DNA of 64,000 nucleotides from an uncultured virus (IMG/VR IMGVR_UViG_3300036766_002285). Lineage: Duplodnaviria > Heunggongvirae > Uroviricota > Caudoviricetes. The stretch lies in IMG/VR virus record IMGVR_UViG_3300036766_002285; one strand, written 5' to 3'. The stretch's first letter is position 1, and each line of letters starts with the position of its first letter. The notes under the pieces were generated by a model. It had not been told where the DNA came from. It did not search any database and saw only the letters and a list, made by a program, of their open reading frames with translations. Position numbers and translations under genes: made by a program. Below are positions 19,561 through 30,437 of the stretch, in pieces.

Positions 19561-20146
19561 GTATGGTTCCATCCGGCATAGTAGCTCCTTTAAAGTTGGC
19601 TCCTTGGACCTGTGAATTTCTCAAGTCAGCTTTAAATAAATTCGCGCAACCAAAATCAGCATCTGTTAAATTTACATGACTTAAGTCAGCCAATTCCAGG
19701 TCCGCTCTAGTAAAGTTAGCGTCACTGAAATCAGCATGTAATGTCAGCGGATGTTCTTTTCCTCGGCCAACCATAATCGCCCCGGTCAAGTCTGCACCTT
19801 GAAAATCAGAGTCTCCTAGATCACACTTAGTTAAGTTTGCCTCAAACAGATTCGCTCTCCTGGCCACCACAAAGCGCATGTCAGCCCCAGCTAGGTTCGA
19901 GCGAGACAAGTCGGCGTCTGTCAAATTTGCTCGCTGCATCTGCGTTCTAGTCAAATCACAATTTGACATATTAGCGCCTGTTAGATTTGTCATCCATAAT
20001 ATGGTGGAAGCAAGACTTATTCCTGAAAAGTCAACACCACTCAGATCCAAATTTTTCAGATCCGTTTCAGCCAAGCTCGCACCCCGCGCTACAGCACTCA
20101 GAACATCGAGTCTTGTTCTTCCATAATTATTGTTTGCACCACTCAT
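19553..20146 (-). CDS. Pentapeptide-repeat protein (array 2)
   Basis: Rfr repeats; start inside the upstream tail after GGGAG. Confidence 0.9.
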   Translation of the reverse strand: MSGANNNYGRTRLDVLSAVARGASLAETDLKNLDLSGVDFSGISLASTILWMTNLTGANMSNCDLTRTQMQRANLTDADLSRSNLAGADMRFVVARRANLFEANLTKCDLGDSDFQGADLTGAIMVGRGKEHPLTLHADFSDANFTRADLELADLSHVNLTDADFGCANLFKADLRNSQVQGANFKGATMPDGTIRD

Positions 20147-20804
20147 GTACACTCCCATCTGGCATAATAGTGCCAAAAAGCCTAGCAGTTTTTAACTGTT
20201 CTAGCTCTACTTGAGCTTTAAATAAATTTGCGCGACTCAAATCGGCATTTGTAAAATCTGCATTGCTTAAATTAGCATTTTCTAGATCTGTATTTGTTAA
20301 ATTGGCGCAGCTCAAGTTTGCTTTACTAAAAAATGCACCTCTAAAATCTCCACGACTTAAGTCAGCACCCTCCAAGTCCGCGTAATAAAATACAGTTCTA
20401 TATTTGTTGCCATCACCACAAGCCGTCACCCCTATTAAATTAGCTTGATTTAAGTCACTGTGCTGCAAATCTGCTCTAGTTAAATTTGCGCACATGAAGT
20501 TAGCTTCTTCGGCTCTCACATGTGATATATCAGCACCTGACAAATTTGAATAGGACAGGTCTGCATCTTCTAGAATTGCATCATAAAGGTTTGCTTTGGT
20601 TAAATCACAATGAGAAAGGTTAGCACCAGTTAGATTAGATCTGACAATTAAAGCATTTGCTAAACTAAGGTGCGCAAAATCAACATCTCGTAAATTAATT
20701 CCATATAAATCGGCAGCAGCTAAAGTACTGCTGTTAGCTATTATCAGAACCTGTTCTCTGGTATATTTTAGTCTCTCTGAATAGGGGGTTGTTCTCTCAA
20801 GCAT
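20127..20804 (-). CDS. Pentapeptide-repeat protein (array 2)
   Basis: Rfr repeats; start inside the upstream tail after GGGAG. Confidence 0.9.
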   Translation of the reverse strand: MLERTTPYSERLKYTREQVLIIANSSTLAAADLYGINLRDVDFAHLSLANALIVRSNLTGANLSHCDLTKANLYDAILEDADLSYSNLSGADISHVRAEEANFMCANLTRADLQHSDLNQANLIGVTACGDGNKYRTVFYYADLEGADLSRGDFRGAFFSKANLSCANLTNTDLENANLSNADFTNADLSRANLFKAQVELEQLKTARLFGTIMPDGSVHEWCKQ

Positions 20805-21468
20805 GTATGCTCCCATCGGGCATAATTGTATTTTCTAGGTAAGCAACGCTATCATGCTCGCCTACCGAAATGAGGTGGGTTAATTCGGTGCCTATGATAG
20901 TAGCTTGAAATAGGTTAGTCTGACGCAATTTAGCACGCCCCAGATGTACGTAGTTCAGGCTAGCACCCTGGAGATTTGCATTCGAGAGGTCGGCACCTGC
21001 TAAGATGGCGTGGTCGAGTTTCACTCCCCGCATGTCAGCAAATTGGAGGTTTGCCTCGAAAAAATTGGCGTAGGTTGCTTGAGTTTGATAATCCTCTCCG
21101 ACACCTACCATATTCACTTCGCACATATTAGCATTCTGTAGCTGCGCTCTTGTCATAACAGCTCTAGTCAGATTAGATTTATAAAAATTGGCACCCTTAG
21201 CAATTGCCATAGATAAATCCGCCCCAGCAAGGGAGCTATTAGATAAATCAGCATTTGTAAGTTCTGCTGCAAAAAACACTGTTTTAGTTAAATCGCAGCT
21301 GTTAAAATTAGTGCCACTAAGCTTTGCATCAAATAACAGTGCTCCGGACAGATCCAAACAAGATAAGTCACAACCGCGTAAGTCAATTTCTCGCATATCA
21401 CAGCCGGCTAAGCTTTCGCGAGCCACTATCATAGCCAGCACATCATGTTTTGTAAGTTTAGTTGTCAT
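20797..21468 (-). CDS. Pentapeptide-repeat protein (array 2)
   Basis: Rfr repeats; close paralog of the 18261 gene. Confidence 0.9.
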   Translation of the reverse strand: MTTKLTKHDVLAMIVARESLAGCDMREIDLRGCDLSCLDLSGALLFDAKLSGTNFNSCDLTKTVFFAAELTNADLSNSSLAGADLSMAIAKGANFYKSNLTRAVMTRAQLQNANMCEVNMVGVGEDYQTQATYANFFEANLQFADMRGVKLDHAILAGADLSNANLQGASLNYVHLGRAKLRQTNLFQATIIGTELTHLISVGEHDSVAYLENTIMPDGSIHA

Positions 21469-21482
21469 ACTGTAGTTTTCCC

Positions 21483-22130
21483 CTATCCACGTATACTCCC
21501 GTCTGGCATTATAGTATTAGAAAATATAGCATCATCAAAATTACCATTGTGTACTGCTCTAAATAAACTTGTCCCATGCATGTTTGCAAAACTGAACAAA
21601 GTCCCCTCTATATATGCATGTTGTAAATTTGCAAAAGTTAAATTTGAAAAAGACAAGTTAGAGCGAGTTAGAGCCACTCCACGCATGTCAGCATCACAAA
21701 AATTAGCATTCTTTAGATTGCATCCAGATAAATCTGTGCTTTGTGGGTAACAAACACCTGCCATATTTGCATCACAAAAATTAGCATTCTCTAGATCAGA
21801 CCCCCATAAACTAGCCTTGGTCAAGTTAGCACATGAAAAATTTGCGCCACAGCCGACCATACTTGGAAGTATCGCACCGCTCAGCATTGTGTTTGACAAA
21901 TTAGCATTTATAATCACAGCCCCCGCCAAACAAATTCGAGTCAAATCACAATAAGAAAAATCAGCGCAAGTCAAGTTGGCCTCTGTCAGGTCAGTTCTAT
22001 ATAAGGTTAAGCCAGTAAAATTTACGTAGGCTAAGTCAACCCTAACCATATTTAATTCAGCCAAACTCTCACCTCTGCCTATTAATGTCAGCACGTTTTT
22101 GCGGCTAAGAGTAGATGAATTTTTAATCAT
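21483..22130 (-). CDS. Pentapeptide-repeat protein (array 2)
   Basis: Rfr repeats; start inside the upstream tail. Confidence 0.9.
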   Translation of the reverse strand: MIKNSSTLSRKNVLTLIGRGESLAELNMVRVDLAYVNFTGLTLYRTDLTEANLTCADFSYCDLTRICLAGAVIINANLSNTMLSGAILPSMVGCGANFSCANLTKASLWGSDLENANFCDANMAGVCYPQSTDLSGCNLKNANFCDADMRGVALTRSNLSFSNLTFANLQHAYIEGTLFSFANMHGTSLFRAVHNGNFDDAIFSNTIMPDGSIRG

Positions 22131-22851
22131 GTATACTCCCATCTGGCATGATTGCGTTTGTTAGGATGCAATTTGTTAAAATAGCGCCTTTCAGCTCGGC
22201 TCCGAATAAATCAGCCGCCGTCAAGTCAGCTGAACTCAAGTCAGCATTTGTGAAGTTAGCTTCACTCAAGTCAGTTCCACGCAAAATCGTATTTTGTAAT
22301 ATAGCGTCCTCAAAATAAGCATTCCCTAGTTTTGCAGAGTTAAAATTAGCGAAACTAAGATTTGCACCCTTGAAATTTGCATCGTAACAATGTGTCCCCC
22401 GCATATCTGAGTTTTGTAAATTGGCGCAAGTAAAATCGGCTTCGTCTAAGAAAGTAATGAATTTAAAATCATCTTCCTCGTTCGCCGAAGGCGTCTCAAT
22501 TCCGCCCATCATTACTCCCTCCAGATTGGCATAGCTAAAGTTTGCATAGCGCAAGTCCGCCCTGGTTAAATTAGCATAACTAAAATTCGCACGCAAAGCC
22601 TTTATATGTGTCATAAATGCTCCAGCTAAAGCACATTGCGTCAAATCAGCATCCACAAGAATTGCTCCCCGCAAATCAGCTTTAGTTAAATCACAATTGG
22701 AGAGGTTAGCACGTGATAGATCAGCAGAAGGTAATTCAGCACAAGAGAAATCTATATGAGAAAGGTCTATACCGCACAACACAGCCCCAGCCAGGCTGCC
22801 AGATGCTGCAAGTACAGTTAGTACTTTTTCTCGACTATACGTTTCAGCCAT
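22123..22851 (-). CDS. Pentapeptide-repeat protein (first gene of array 2)
   Basis: Rfr repeats, long acidic loop GGIETPSANEEDDFKF, SD AAGGAG. Confidence 0.9.
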   Translation of the reverse strand: MAETYSREKVLTVLAASGSLAGAVLCGIDLSHIDFSCAELPSADLSRANLSNCDLTKADLRGAILVDADLTQCALAGAFMTHIKALRANFSYANLTRADLRYANFSYANLEGVMMGGIETPSANEEDDFKFITFLDEADFTCANLQNSDMRGTHCYDANFKGANLSFANFNSAKLGNAYFEDAILQNTILRGTDLSEANFTNADLSSADLTAADLFGAELKGAILTNCILTNAIMPDGSIHD

Positions 22852-22922
22852 TAGATCTCCTTATAGCTATTTCTACATACTATTGGCGGCGCTCGAACCT
22901 AGCAGGCCTAGTCTAAAAGTAC

Positions 22923-24893
22923 TTATTTGAGCATTTCTGCTAATTCGTCTGGAGAGAGTACTGTTATTTTTAATGCTATTGCTTTGTCTAGCTTACTGCC
23001 AGCCGAGTCCCCAGCCACAAGGTAGTTTGTGTTCTTGCTAACAGAACTAGAAGTTTTTCCGCCAGCAAATTCTATCAAGTCAAGCACTTCTTGCCGACTT
23101 TTATTTGCAAGCTGTCCTGTCATAGTGCCGGTTACCACAAAGATTTTTCCAACAAGAGGTGTTGGCACAGATGTTGTAGTTTCCTGCATAGTCACTCCAG
23201 CTTTTGCTAATTCCGTAATCACTTCAGTTAATTCTTTTAGATCTTTACAAATGGTTGCTGCTTTATCTTCGCCAATACCATCTATTTCAGCTAGCTCTTC
23301 AACAGTTGCTTTTACAATAGCATCCATAGTTTTAAATTTAGCCGCAATCCGTCTACTCATTGACCGGCCAGTATTGCGTACACCGAGAGCACAAAATACC
23401 TTGTTTAAAGGAGCAGTACGTGCTTTTTCTATTTGTGCTATTAAATTATCTGCACTAGTTTCTCCCATCCGGTCCAAACTACTTAGCACTTCTTTTGTGA
23501 GAGTAAATATATCTGCAACGCTAGTCACAGCTCCAGTATCCACCAGTTGTTGCACCACTGCCTTACCCATTCCTTCAATATCCAAGCAATCTCGCGATGC
23601 TGCATATTGTATAGATTCAGACAATCCACATTTGCGTCCCTGAACGCATCTCCAGATAATGTCAGTTGTGTTGATTTTCCCCCCACATCGTGGACAGACA
23701 GTTGGTGATTTAATCTTCTTTTGGGTACCGTCACGCTTTTCTATTAAAGGGGCCTCTATTCTAGGAATAACTTCTCCGGCTCTTTTCACTAACACCGTGT
23801 CGCCAATCATCAAGTCTTTTTTCTCTATGTCTTGAGCATTGTGTAAAGTAGCATAGGTTACTGTAGTACCGCCCACCAATACTGGATCTATGGTCGCTCG
23901 GGGCGTAATTCGTCCAGTTCGCCCTACTGTCCATTCGACTTCTCGAAGTATCGAGGTAGCTTCTATTGCCGGATACTTAAAAGCAAGTCCCCATCTTGGG
24001 GCTCGACTTGAGTTTCCAAGTTTCTTTTGTGTAATATAATCGTCAATTTTTATAACAACACCATCTACATCTACACTTAGGGTCTCACGATCATTTTTAA
24101 ATTTTTCCACAAGCTCTACTACCTTTTTCGCGCTAGCACAAACCCGCAGCTCCAAGCCCTTATCGCCGCAAGCTATACCCAGGCCCGCTAGTTTAGACAT
24201 ACAAGCGCTGTGGGAAACGTGCTCGTCTAGCCCAACTTGTCCGTGTGCATAAAAACTAAGAGTTACAACATACTCCAGTTTTTCTGCTCGCAAGGTACCC
24301 GCAGCTGCGTTTCTAGGGTTCGCAAAAGCCGCTTTCCCCGCCGCCATACGATTGCTGTTAGCTATTTCAAAATTTGTTTCATTAAATATAACTTCACCTC
24401 TAACTTCAAAACTTAAAGGTTCTCCTAAAGTTTTTGGTAAGCCAATAATACGATCTAAAGCATAAGTGACATTTTCCCCACTTGTTCCGTCTCCGCGAGT
24501 GGCGATATGAGTAAGTGTGCCATCTTTATATGTAGCAGCCAGACTTAGTCCGTCATATTTAGGTTCCACAGTGAAACTTGACCCGCTGTGCGCAGCTAAC
24601 CAGGTTTCTAGCTCGCTTATATCAAAACAGTTATCCAAAGATAACATGGGCTCCACATGTTTTATTTCCCCACCACTAGATGTTCCCCCAGCTACCGTTG
24701 AGTGCAGATTGTGCGCGATAACCCACTTTGGGTGAAGATCTTCGGTTTGTTTAATTTGAATAAGTAACCCGTCATATTCGGCATCACTCATAAGAAGTCC
24801 AGTGGAATTATAATAATTAGCGGCCGCCGCGACGGCTTCTTCCACAGCCTTTTTGTAACCTAATTGATTAAGCTTTTTTTGTGTTTTAGTCAT
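22923..24893 (-). CDS. ligA: NAD-dependent DNA ligase
   Basis: MLSLDN, EPKYDG adenylation motif, EVRGE, ANPRNAAAG, DGVVIK, OB fold, zinc finger, HhH, C-terminal BRCT. Confidence 0.97.
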   Translation of the reverse strand: MTKTQKKLNQLGYKKAVEEAVAAAANYYNSTGLLMSDAEYDGLLIQIKQTEDLHPKWVIAHNLHSTVAGGTSSGGEIKHVEPMLSLDNCFDISELETWLAAHSGSSFTVEPKYDGLSLAATYKDGTLTHIATRGDGTSGENVTYALDRIIGLPKTLGEPLSFEVRGEVIFNETNFEIANSNRMAAGKAAFANPRNAAAGTLRAEKLEYVVTLSFYAHGQVGLDEHVSHSACMSKLAGLGIACGDKGLELRVCASAKKVVELVEKFKNDRETLSVDVDGVVIKIDDYITQKKLGNSSRAPRWGLAFKYPAIEATSILREVEWTVGRTGRITPRATIDPVLVGGTTVTYATLHNAQDIEKKDLMIGDTVLVKRAGEVIPRIEAPLIEKRDGTQKKIKSPTVCPRCGGKINTTDIIWRCVQGRKCGLSESIQYAASRDCLDIEGMGKAVVQQLVDTGAVTSVADIFTLTKEVLSSLDRMGETSADNLIAQIEKARTAPLNKVFCALGVRNTGRSMSRRIAAKFKTMDAIVKATVEELAEIDGIGEDKAATICKDLKELTEVITELAKAGVTMQETTTSVPTPLVGKIFVVTGTMTGQLANKSRQEVLDLIEFAGGKTSSSVSKNTNYLVAGDSAGSKLDKAIALKITVLSPDELAEMLK

Positions 24894-25016
24894 ACTATTA
24901 TTGTGCTTTAAATTTGATTTTTAGCACTTAAATATTCACATATTTACCGAATTTGGGTGTGCCATTTGACACCAAAAACACGTTAAAATACATAACAAAT
25001 AATGGCATATAAACAA

Positions 25017-25050
25017 AAAAGGAAGGCAACCGGGTAGTCACCTTCCTTTT
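25017..25050 (-). terminator. Intrinsic terminator after trpS
   Basis: AAAAGGAAGG...CCTTCCTTTT with a T-run on the minus strand. Confidence 0.7.
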
Positions 25051-25072
25051 CATGTTTTGTAGTCACAGCTAG

Positions 25073-26095
25073 CTATAAGCTAGGCAAAAGCCCGACTGCT
25101 GAATATGCACGCACTAGTGTTACACTAGCAACTTCGCGAGCTTGAAGCGCACCGAGTCTGAGAATTTCTTGTAGTTCGGCAGGATTCGATAAGAGCTCAT
25201 GATAGGTTTTTGTTATTGGCGCAATCGCAGCTATAACAGCATCACTGCAGTCAGTTTTCAGCTTGCCATATTGTGTATATGACGCAGCTAACTTGACTGG
25301 GTCGCCATTAGTGACCGCTCCTAATATTTCTAGGAGGTTAGTTACTCCCGGAGCAACATCACCATCATAGCGAACAATGCCACTGCTATCAGTAACCGCA
25401 CGTTTGAACTTTTTTGCAATTACTTCACTGGTGTCAGTTAAATAAATAACTCCAGCATCAGCTCCAGCAGATTTAGACATTTTTACACTAGGATCTTGCA
25501 AATTCATAACTCTTGAGCCCAGCATCGGTGTAATCGCTTTAGGAACAACAAAGGTATCGCCATAACGTTGATTAAAACGTATTGCAATATCTCTGGTAAT
25601 TTCAATATGTTGTCTCTGATCAGCTCCAACAGGAACTAGCTCAGCGTCATATAACAAAATATCGGCTGCTTGTAGGGCGGGATAAGTAAAAAGTCCGGCT
25701 GAAACAAATTCTGATGTTTGTTTGGCAGATTTCACCTTGAATTGTGGAGCACGGTGAAGTTCACCAAAACTTACCGTACACTGTGTAATCCAAGCGAGCT
25801 GACTATGTTGTGGTACATGACTTTGAACAAATACGCAAGCAACCTTCGGGTCAATTCCAGCGGCAAACAACATCGACGCACATTCTAAAGTGCGCTGTGA
25901 TATATTGCCATGACCACTGTCAGTCAAGGCATGTAGGTCAGCTATACCATAAAAAGCATCGCCGTCATACTGGCTTTGAACTAAAGTATGCAAAGCACCA
26001 AGGTAATTTCCCAGATGCATTTCGCCAGTAGGCTGTATGCAAGACAGCATTCTTTGCGTTTTATTGCTTTGTGAAGAAACGGGTTCTAGAGACAT
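25073..26095 (-). CDS. trpS: Tryptophanyl-tRNA synthetase
   Basis: QPTGEMHLGNY, ADLHA, YPALQAADIL, VPVGADQ, KMSKS. Confidence 0.96.
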   Translation of the reverse strand: MSLEPVSSQSNKTQRMLSCIQPTGEMHLGNYLGALHTLVQSQYDGDAFYGIADLHALTDSGHGNISQRTLECASMLFAAGIDPKVACVFVQSHVPQHSQLAWITQCTVSFGELHRAPQFKVKSAKQTSEFVSAGLFTYPALQAADILLYDAELVPVGADQRQHIEITRDIAIRFNQRYGDTFVVPKAITPMLGSRVMNLQDPSVKMSKSAGADAGVIYLTDTSEVIAKKFKRAVTDSSGIVRYDGDVAPGVTNLLEILGAVTNGDPVKLAASYTQYGKLKTDCSDAVIAAIAPITKTYHELLSNPAELQEILRLGALQAREVASVTLVRAYSAVGLLPSL

Positions 26096-26260
26096 TTGCT
26101 GTCCTTTCTGTTAAGTTTCTTGGATAAGAGTACCTTGTACTATTGAGGCATACATGCCAGCGCCAACAAAGGCCGCTTTGTGACTAACGCCACACAAAGT
26201 AGCCTAATAAATACCTGCAAACTTTGTGCAATTCCTCCCTACAGAAGCACAATATTATAT

Positions 26261-26941
26261 ATGAGATTCCTATTTCGCAAGCTATTTATGTTGTTTATTT
26301 TGATTGGCTTAGGTTCCATGCTTTTTATTTCTCACCCGGCCCTATCTTCAAGGTTGGCTGCAAAATTTACGAATACTGCTACAAATCAAGTTTCTTCTGT
26401 TATATCTACAATACCTTTACAAAATGATTTAGATATGTTGGTAGTAAAAAAAGAACCTTATCGTACTGGATATGATCGCGCCTTATTTCCACATTGGTTA
26501 GATACCGACAATACCGGGTGCAATACCAGACAAGACGAACTACAAGATCAGGTGCAGGGTTCTATCAAAATGGCTAAAACCGGCTGCTACGTTATTTCTG
26601 GAGTATGGTTGTCTATATATGATGACATATTATATACAGGACTTTCAAAAGGGCTTGACGCCGATCACGTAGTCGCCCTAGCTGAGGCCTGGGACTCTGG
26701 GGCTAATAGCTGGTCGCTTGCTAAACGTACTGCTTTTGCTAATGATCGCGAAAATATTTTAATTGTTACAGCAAACTCAAATAGAGAAAAAAGCGATTCA
26801 GATGTCGCCAAATGGCTACCTCCATCACAGAAATCTTGGTGTAAAATGGCTACAATTGTAGTAACCGTAAAACTTAAATACCATCTCAGTGTAGATACTC
26901 TTGAGCTAGCATCATTAGTAAAAATGCTTCAGACCTGTTAA
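26261..26941 (+). CDS. Secreted/membrane-anchored HNH nuclease (DUF1524-type)
   Basis: N-terminal TM, GYDRALFPHW, GCNTR, DHVVALAEAWDSGA, FAND, NREKSD. Confidence 0.85.
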   Translation: MRFLFRKLFMLFILIGLGSMLFISHPALSSRLAAKFTNTATNQVSSVISTIPLQNDLDMLVVKKEPYRTGYDRALFPHWLDTDNTGCNTRQDELQDQVQGSIKMAKTGCYVISGVWLSIYDDILYTGLSKGLDADHVVALAEAWDSGANSWSLAKRTAFANDRENILIVTANSNREKSDSDVAKWLPPSQKSWCKMATIVVTVKLKYHLSVDTLELASLVKMLQTC

Positions 26942-27057
26942 AACATTTTAAAAATTAAACTTCCTAATACCTATATATTTATTCGCAGCTACAGTATATA
27001 GCCTACTGTAAGCACCATTAGCGGAGAAACCATGTATAATAAAAAGAAGACCGTTAT

Positions 27058-27714
27058 ATGATTCATAGACTTTCCCGTGCTCGGGTTCTAGAAATTATAG
27101 CAAGTAAAGGGACTCTGTTTGAAGCTGACCTAGGAGGCCTTGATTTGCATGGAATTAATTTTGCGGGCATAAGCTTAGCCGAAGCAAATTTAAACGATAC
27201 CAATCTAACCACCGCCAATTTGTCCAATTGTGACCTAGCCAAAGCAAGCTTTTGTGGCGCACTTATGAAAGACGCTAACCTATCTTATTCAAATTTGGCT
27301 GGAGCATGTATGTCAGGGATAGACGGCGAGAGAGCTAACTTTTTTGAAGCAAATTTAACCAAAGCAGATTTGGATGAGGCCAACTTAAGCAGCGCCATCT
27401 TAACAGGAGTGGTCGCTGCTGGTTTGGGGATAGCGCCCCACACTGATTTGGAGTATGTACTAGTATGTGGTACAGATCTCAGCGATGCCAATCTAAGTCG
27501 TGCGGATTTTAGAGGTGCAGATTTTTTTGGAGCTGATTTTAGTGGCGCAGCTCTGGTAAATACAGATCTAGAAAATACTAATTTAGAAAACACAGACTTC
27601 TCTGATGCTAATTTGGGCGGAGCAAATCTATTCAAATCGTATATGAAAAACACAAATCTTAATGGAGTTCTTCTGGTAGGCGCTACCATGCCTGATGGGA
27701 CCAAACATGAATAA
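27058..27714 (+). CDS. Pentapeptide-repeat protein (array 3)
   Basis: Rfr repeats, tail ATMPDGTKHE. Confidence 0.9.
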   Translation: MIHRLSRARVLEIIASKGTLFEADLGGLDLHGINFAGISLAEANLNDTNLTTANLSNCDLAKASFCGALMKDANLSYSNLAGACMSGIDGERANFFEANLTKADLDEANLSSAILTGVVAAGLGIAPHTDLEYVLVCGTDLSDANLSRADFRGADFFGADFSGAALVNTDLENTNLENTDFSDANLGGANLFKSYMKNTNLNGVLLVGATMPDGTKHE

Positions 27715-28357
27715 TAAGACTCCAAAACTTACTCGCCAGAAAGTGCTAGCAATAATAGCAGCCAGAGGTACTCTAGCTGAGACCAATTTACGCGGAGTTG
27801 CTTTACATGGAATTAACTTTTCTGGCACTAGTTTAGCTGAAGCTGACCTAACAAAGGCCAACTTGACAGGTGCGAATTTGTCCAATTGTGATCTAGCCAA
27901 AGCAAATTTCAAAGACGCACTCCTAGAAGGTGCTGATCTATCACGCTCGAACCTGGCTGGAGCTAGTCTGTACAATACAAAAAGTAAAAATGCTAACTTT
28001 TTCAAAGCAAATTTAACTCGCACATTTATGTACGGTTGCGATCTTAGGCATGCTAATTTAGTTGAAGTAACAGCCTGCGGCTTTGGTGCAGATAACCACG
28101 TGTTGATTGGTTATGTAGATCTAAGGTCGGCCAATTTAACGCAAGCAGATTTTAGAGGCGCAGATTTTGAAAAGTCTAATTTTTCGCAAGCAAATTTGAC
28201 AAACACAGATTTAGACAACGCTAACCTAAAAGATGCAAAGTTTACAAGTGCTAACTTGAGTGGAGCTAATCTATTTAAAGCCGCAGTTAAAATGAGGCAA
28301 TTAGAAACCGCTATACTTTTCGGCACCATCATGCCTGCCGGAGAAATTCATGAATAA
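27707..28357 (+). CDS. Pentapeptide-repeat protein (array 3)
   Basis: Rfr repeats; start inside the upstream tail. Confidence 0.9.
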   Translation: MNNKTPKLTRQKVLAIIAARGTLAETNLRGVALHGINFSGTSLAEADLTKANLTGANLSNCDLAKANFKDALLEGADLSRSNLAGASLYNTKSKNANFFKANLTRTFMYGCDLRHANLVEVTACGFGADNHVLIGYVDLRSANLTQADFRGADFEKSNFSQANLTNTDLDNANLKDAKFTSANLSGANLFKAAVKMRQLETAILFGTIMPAGEIHE

Positions 28358-28374
28358 GTACAATCGGTGTTTCT

Positions 28375-29043
28375 ATGTCTAGTAAACTAACTCGTATTAA
28401 AGTCTTAAAAATTATAGCAAGCAAAGGCACCCTATTTGAAGCAGAACTAGAAGGGCTTGATTTACATGGAATTAATTTTCTTGGTATCAGTTTATCTGGG
28501 GCCAGTTTACAAGATGCTGACCTGTCGCGTGCTAATCTAACCAGTTGCGATTTAGTCAGAGCTTGTCTTCATGCAACAAATTTAGAAGGTGCTGACTTAT
28601 CTCACTCAAATTTGGCTGGAGCTAATATGTCAGGTATACAAGGTAAGAATGCTAACTTCGTGTGCGCAAATCTAACCAGAGCAGATATAGACGAAGCTAA
28701 CCTAAGTGGTGCGAACCTAAAAGGAGTAGTCGCCGCAGGTTTTGGGGTAGCAGGCACAAGCAGTCAAGCTGAGTTCGTGTATATTAGTCATACAGATCTA
28801 TCTCGCGCTGATCTAAGTCATGCAGATTTTAGAGGCGCCTATTTTAGAGGCACAAATTTTACCCAGGCAAATCTAACAAACACTGACCTAGAAAATGCTA
28901 ATTTAACAAGGATAAATTTTACAAATGCTAATTTGCAAGGCGCAAACCTGTATAATTCCGAGGTGGAAAAGGCAAACCTTAGCAGAGCTATCCTGAAGGG
29001 CACTATTATGCCAGACGGCAGCGTCACAAGCAGCAGCAAATGA
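28375..29043 (+). CDS. Pentapeptide-repeat protein (array 3)
   Basis: Rfr repeats; close paralog of the 27058 gene. Confidence 0.9.
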   Translation: MSSKLTRIKVLKIIASKGTLFEAELEGLDLHGINFLGISLSGASLQDADLSRANLTSCDLVRACLHATNLEGADLSHSNLAGANMSGIQGKNANFVCANLTRADIDEANLSGANLKGVVAAGFGVAGTSSQAEFVYISHTDLSRADLSHADFRGAYFRGTNFTQANLTNTDLENANLTRINFTNANLQGANLYNSEVEKANLSRAILKGTIMPDGSVTSSSK

Positions 29044-29084
29044 TTAGTCTAAAGGTGTCACTCTAATGGTAATCATAATATTTA

Positions 29085-29744
29085 ATGGCGGTATTGTTAA
29101 TGGTTAAACAAAAATCTACTGTAAAAGAAGTCATAGAGATTATAAATAATAGAGGCAGTTTACAGAATATTGACTTATCCTATCTAGATCTATCCAACAT
29201 TGATTTTCTCGGTATAGGTTTATCCAAAATTGATCTGAGTCATGTTATTTTAAAGAGCTCAAATCTCTCTCATTGTGATTTAACCGAATTTTATGCCTCC
29301 GGTGTAGATTTATCTTCTACCAATATTTCTAGTGGCGCACTTGCCGGAGCCGCTATATATAAGTCCAAAGCCTGTGGCGCTAATTTTTTCGAAGCAAATT
29401 TAACCAAGTCATCCATACAAGAGTCTGATTTCAGTAATACAAATTTCACCGGAGCAATCATGGCAGGTTTTGGTCTTAAGTACGCCACATATTTAACAAA
29501 AGTAAATTTTAAACAAGCTACATTTGTTCGTGCAGACCTTCGAGGGGCATGCTTTAAAGATGTAAATTTTGAGAGAGCAGATCTAGAAGGAGCCGACCTA
29601 GAAGGAGCAATTTTTATAGGCTGTGATTTTAATGGTACAATATTTAAAAAGGCAAACCTCACCCACTGCAGCATAGAACTAACACTACTTAAAAATGCAG
29701 ATCTCACAGACTGCACCATGCCAGATGGCACCATCCATGCATAG
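29085..29744 (+). CDS. Pentapeptide-repeat protein (array 3)
   Basis: Rfr repeats, tail CTMPDGTIHA. Confidence 0.9.
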   Translation: MAVLLMVKQKSTVKEVIEIINNRGSLQNIDLSYLDLSNIDFLGIGLSKIDLSHVILKSSNLSHCDLTEFYASGVDLSSTNISSGALAGAAIYKSKACGANFFEANLTKSSIQESDFSNTNFTGAIMAGFGLKYATYLTKVNFKQATFVRADLRGACFKDVNFERADLEGADLEGAIFIGCDFNGTIFKKANLTHCSIELTLLKNADLTDCTMPDGTIHA

Positions 29745-29753
29745 TTTACTTGT

Positions 29754-30401
29754 GTGGCTAATATGATTACTAACCTTTGCCGTAGAGACGTCGAAGCCAA
29801 GATAGCACTAGGCACGAGTTTAGCTGAAACGGACCTAAGAAATTTAGATCTTCAAAGTATAGATTTCACAGGTTTATCTATTAATGACGCTCACCTAGGC
29901 GAAACAAACCTGTCTTCAGCCAATCTATCCAACTGCGATCTAACCAGGTCGTATCTTGGTCGGACTGACCTTACCTGTGCTAATTTATCTTACTCAAATT
30001 TGGCTGGCGCTGAACTATACTGGATAAATGCGGCCGGTGCCGATTTTAGTTTTGCAAATTTAACCAGAACAACCATTCATGAATCTAATTTTAGTAAAGT
30101 CATTATGACTAATGTAGTTGTAGCTGGTTATAAAAAATACGGCGCACTTATACTTTATACTGATTTTACCGGTGCTATTTTAACTAATTCTGATCTGCAA
30201 GGCTCCACACTTGAGGGCTCGATTTTTGACGATGCTGATTTGCGCTGTTGTAATTTACAAGGCACTGATTTAAGCGGAGTAAGTTTTCAAAACACAATAC
30301 TTAAAGGCGCTAGTTTATTTAAATCAGCTTGTAAACTTTCACAGCTTGCAAGCTGTGATCTGACACAAACAATTATGCCAGATGGAACAATACATGTATA
30401 A
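29754..30401 (+). CDS. Pentapeptide-repeat protein (array 3)
   Basis: Rfr repeats, tail TIMPDGTIHV; start uncertain (29754 or 29763). Confidence 0.9.
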   Translation: MANMITNLCRRDVEAKIALGTSLAETDLRNLDLQSIDFTGLSINDAHLGETNLSSANLSNCDLTRSYLGRTDLTCANLSYSNLAGAELYWINAAGADFSFANLTRTTIHESNFSKVIMTNVVVAGYKKYGALILYTDFTGAILTNSDLQGSTLEGSIFDDADLRCCNLQGTDLSGVSFQNTILKGASLFKSACKLSQLASCDLTQTIMPDGTIHV

Positions 30402-30437
30402 GCACAGATCAAACACAAACAAACCAAGGAGCATATA

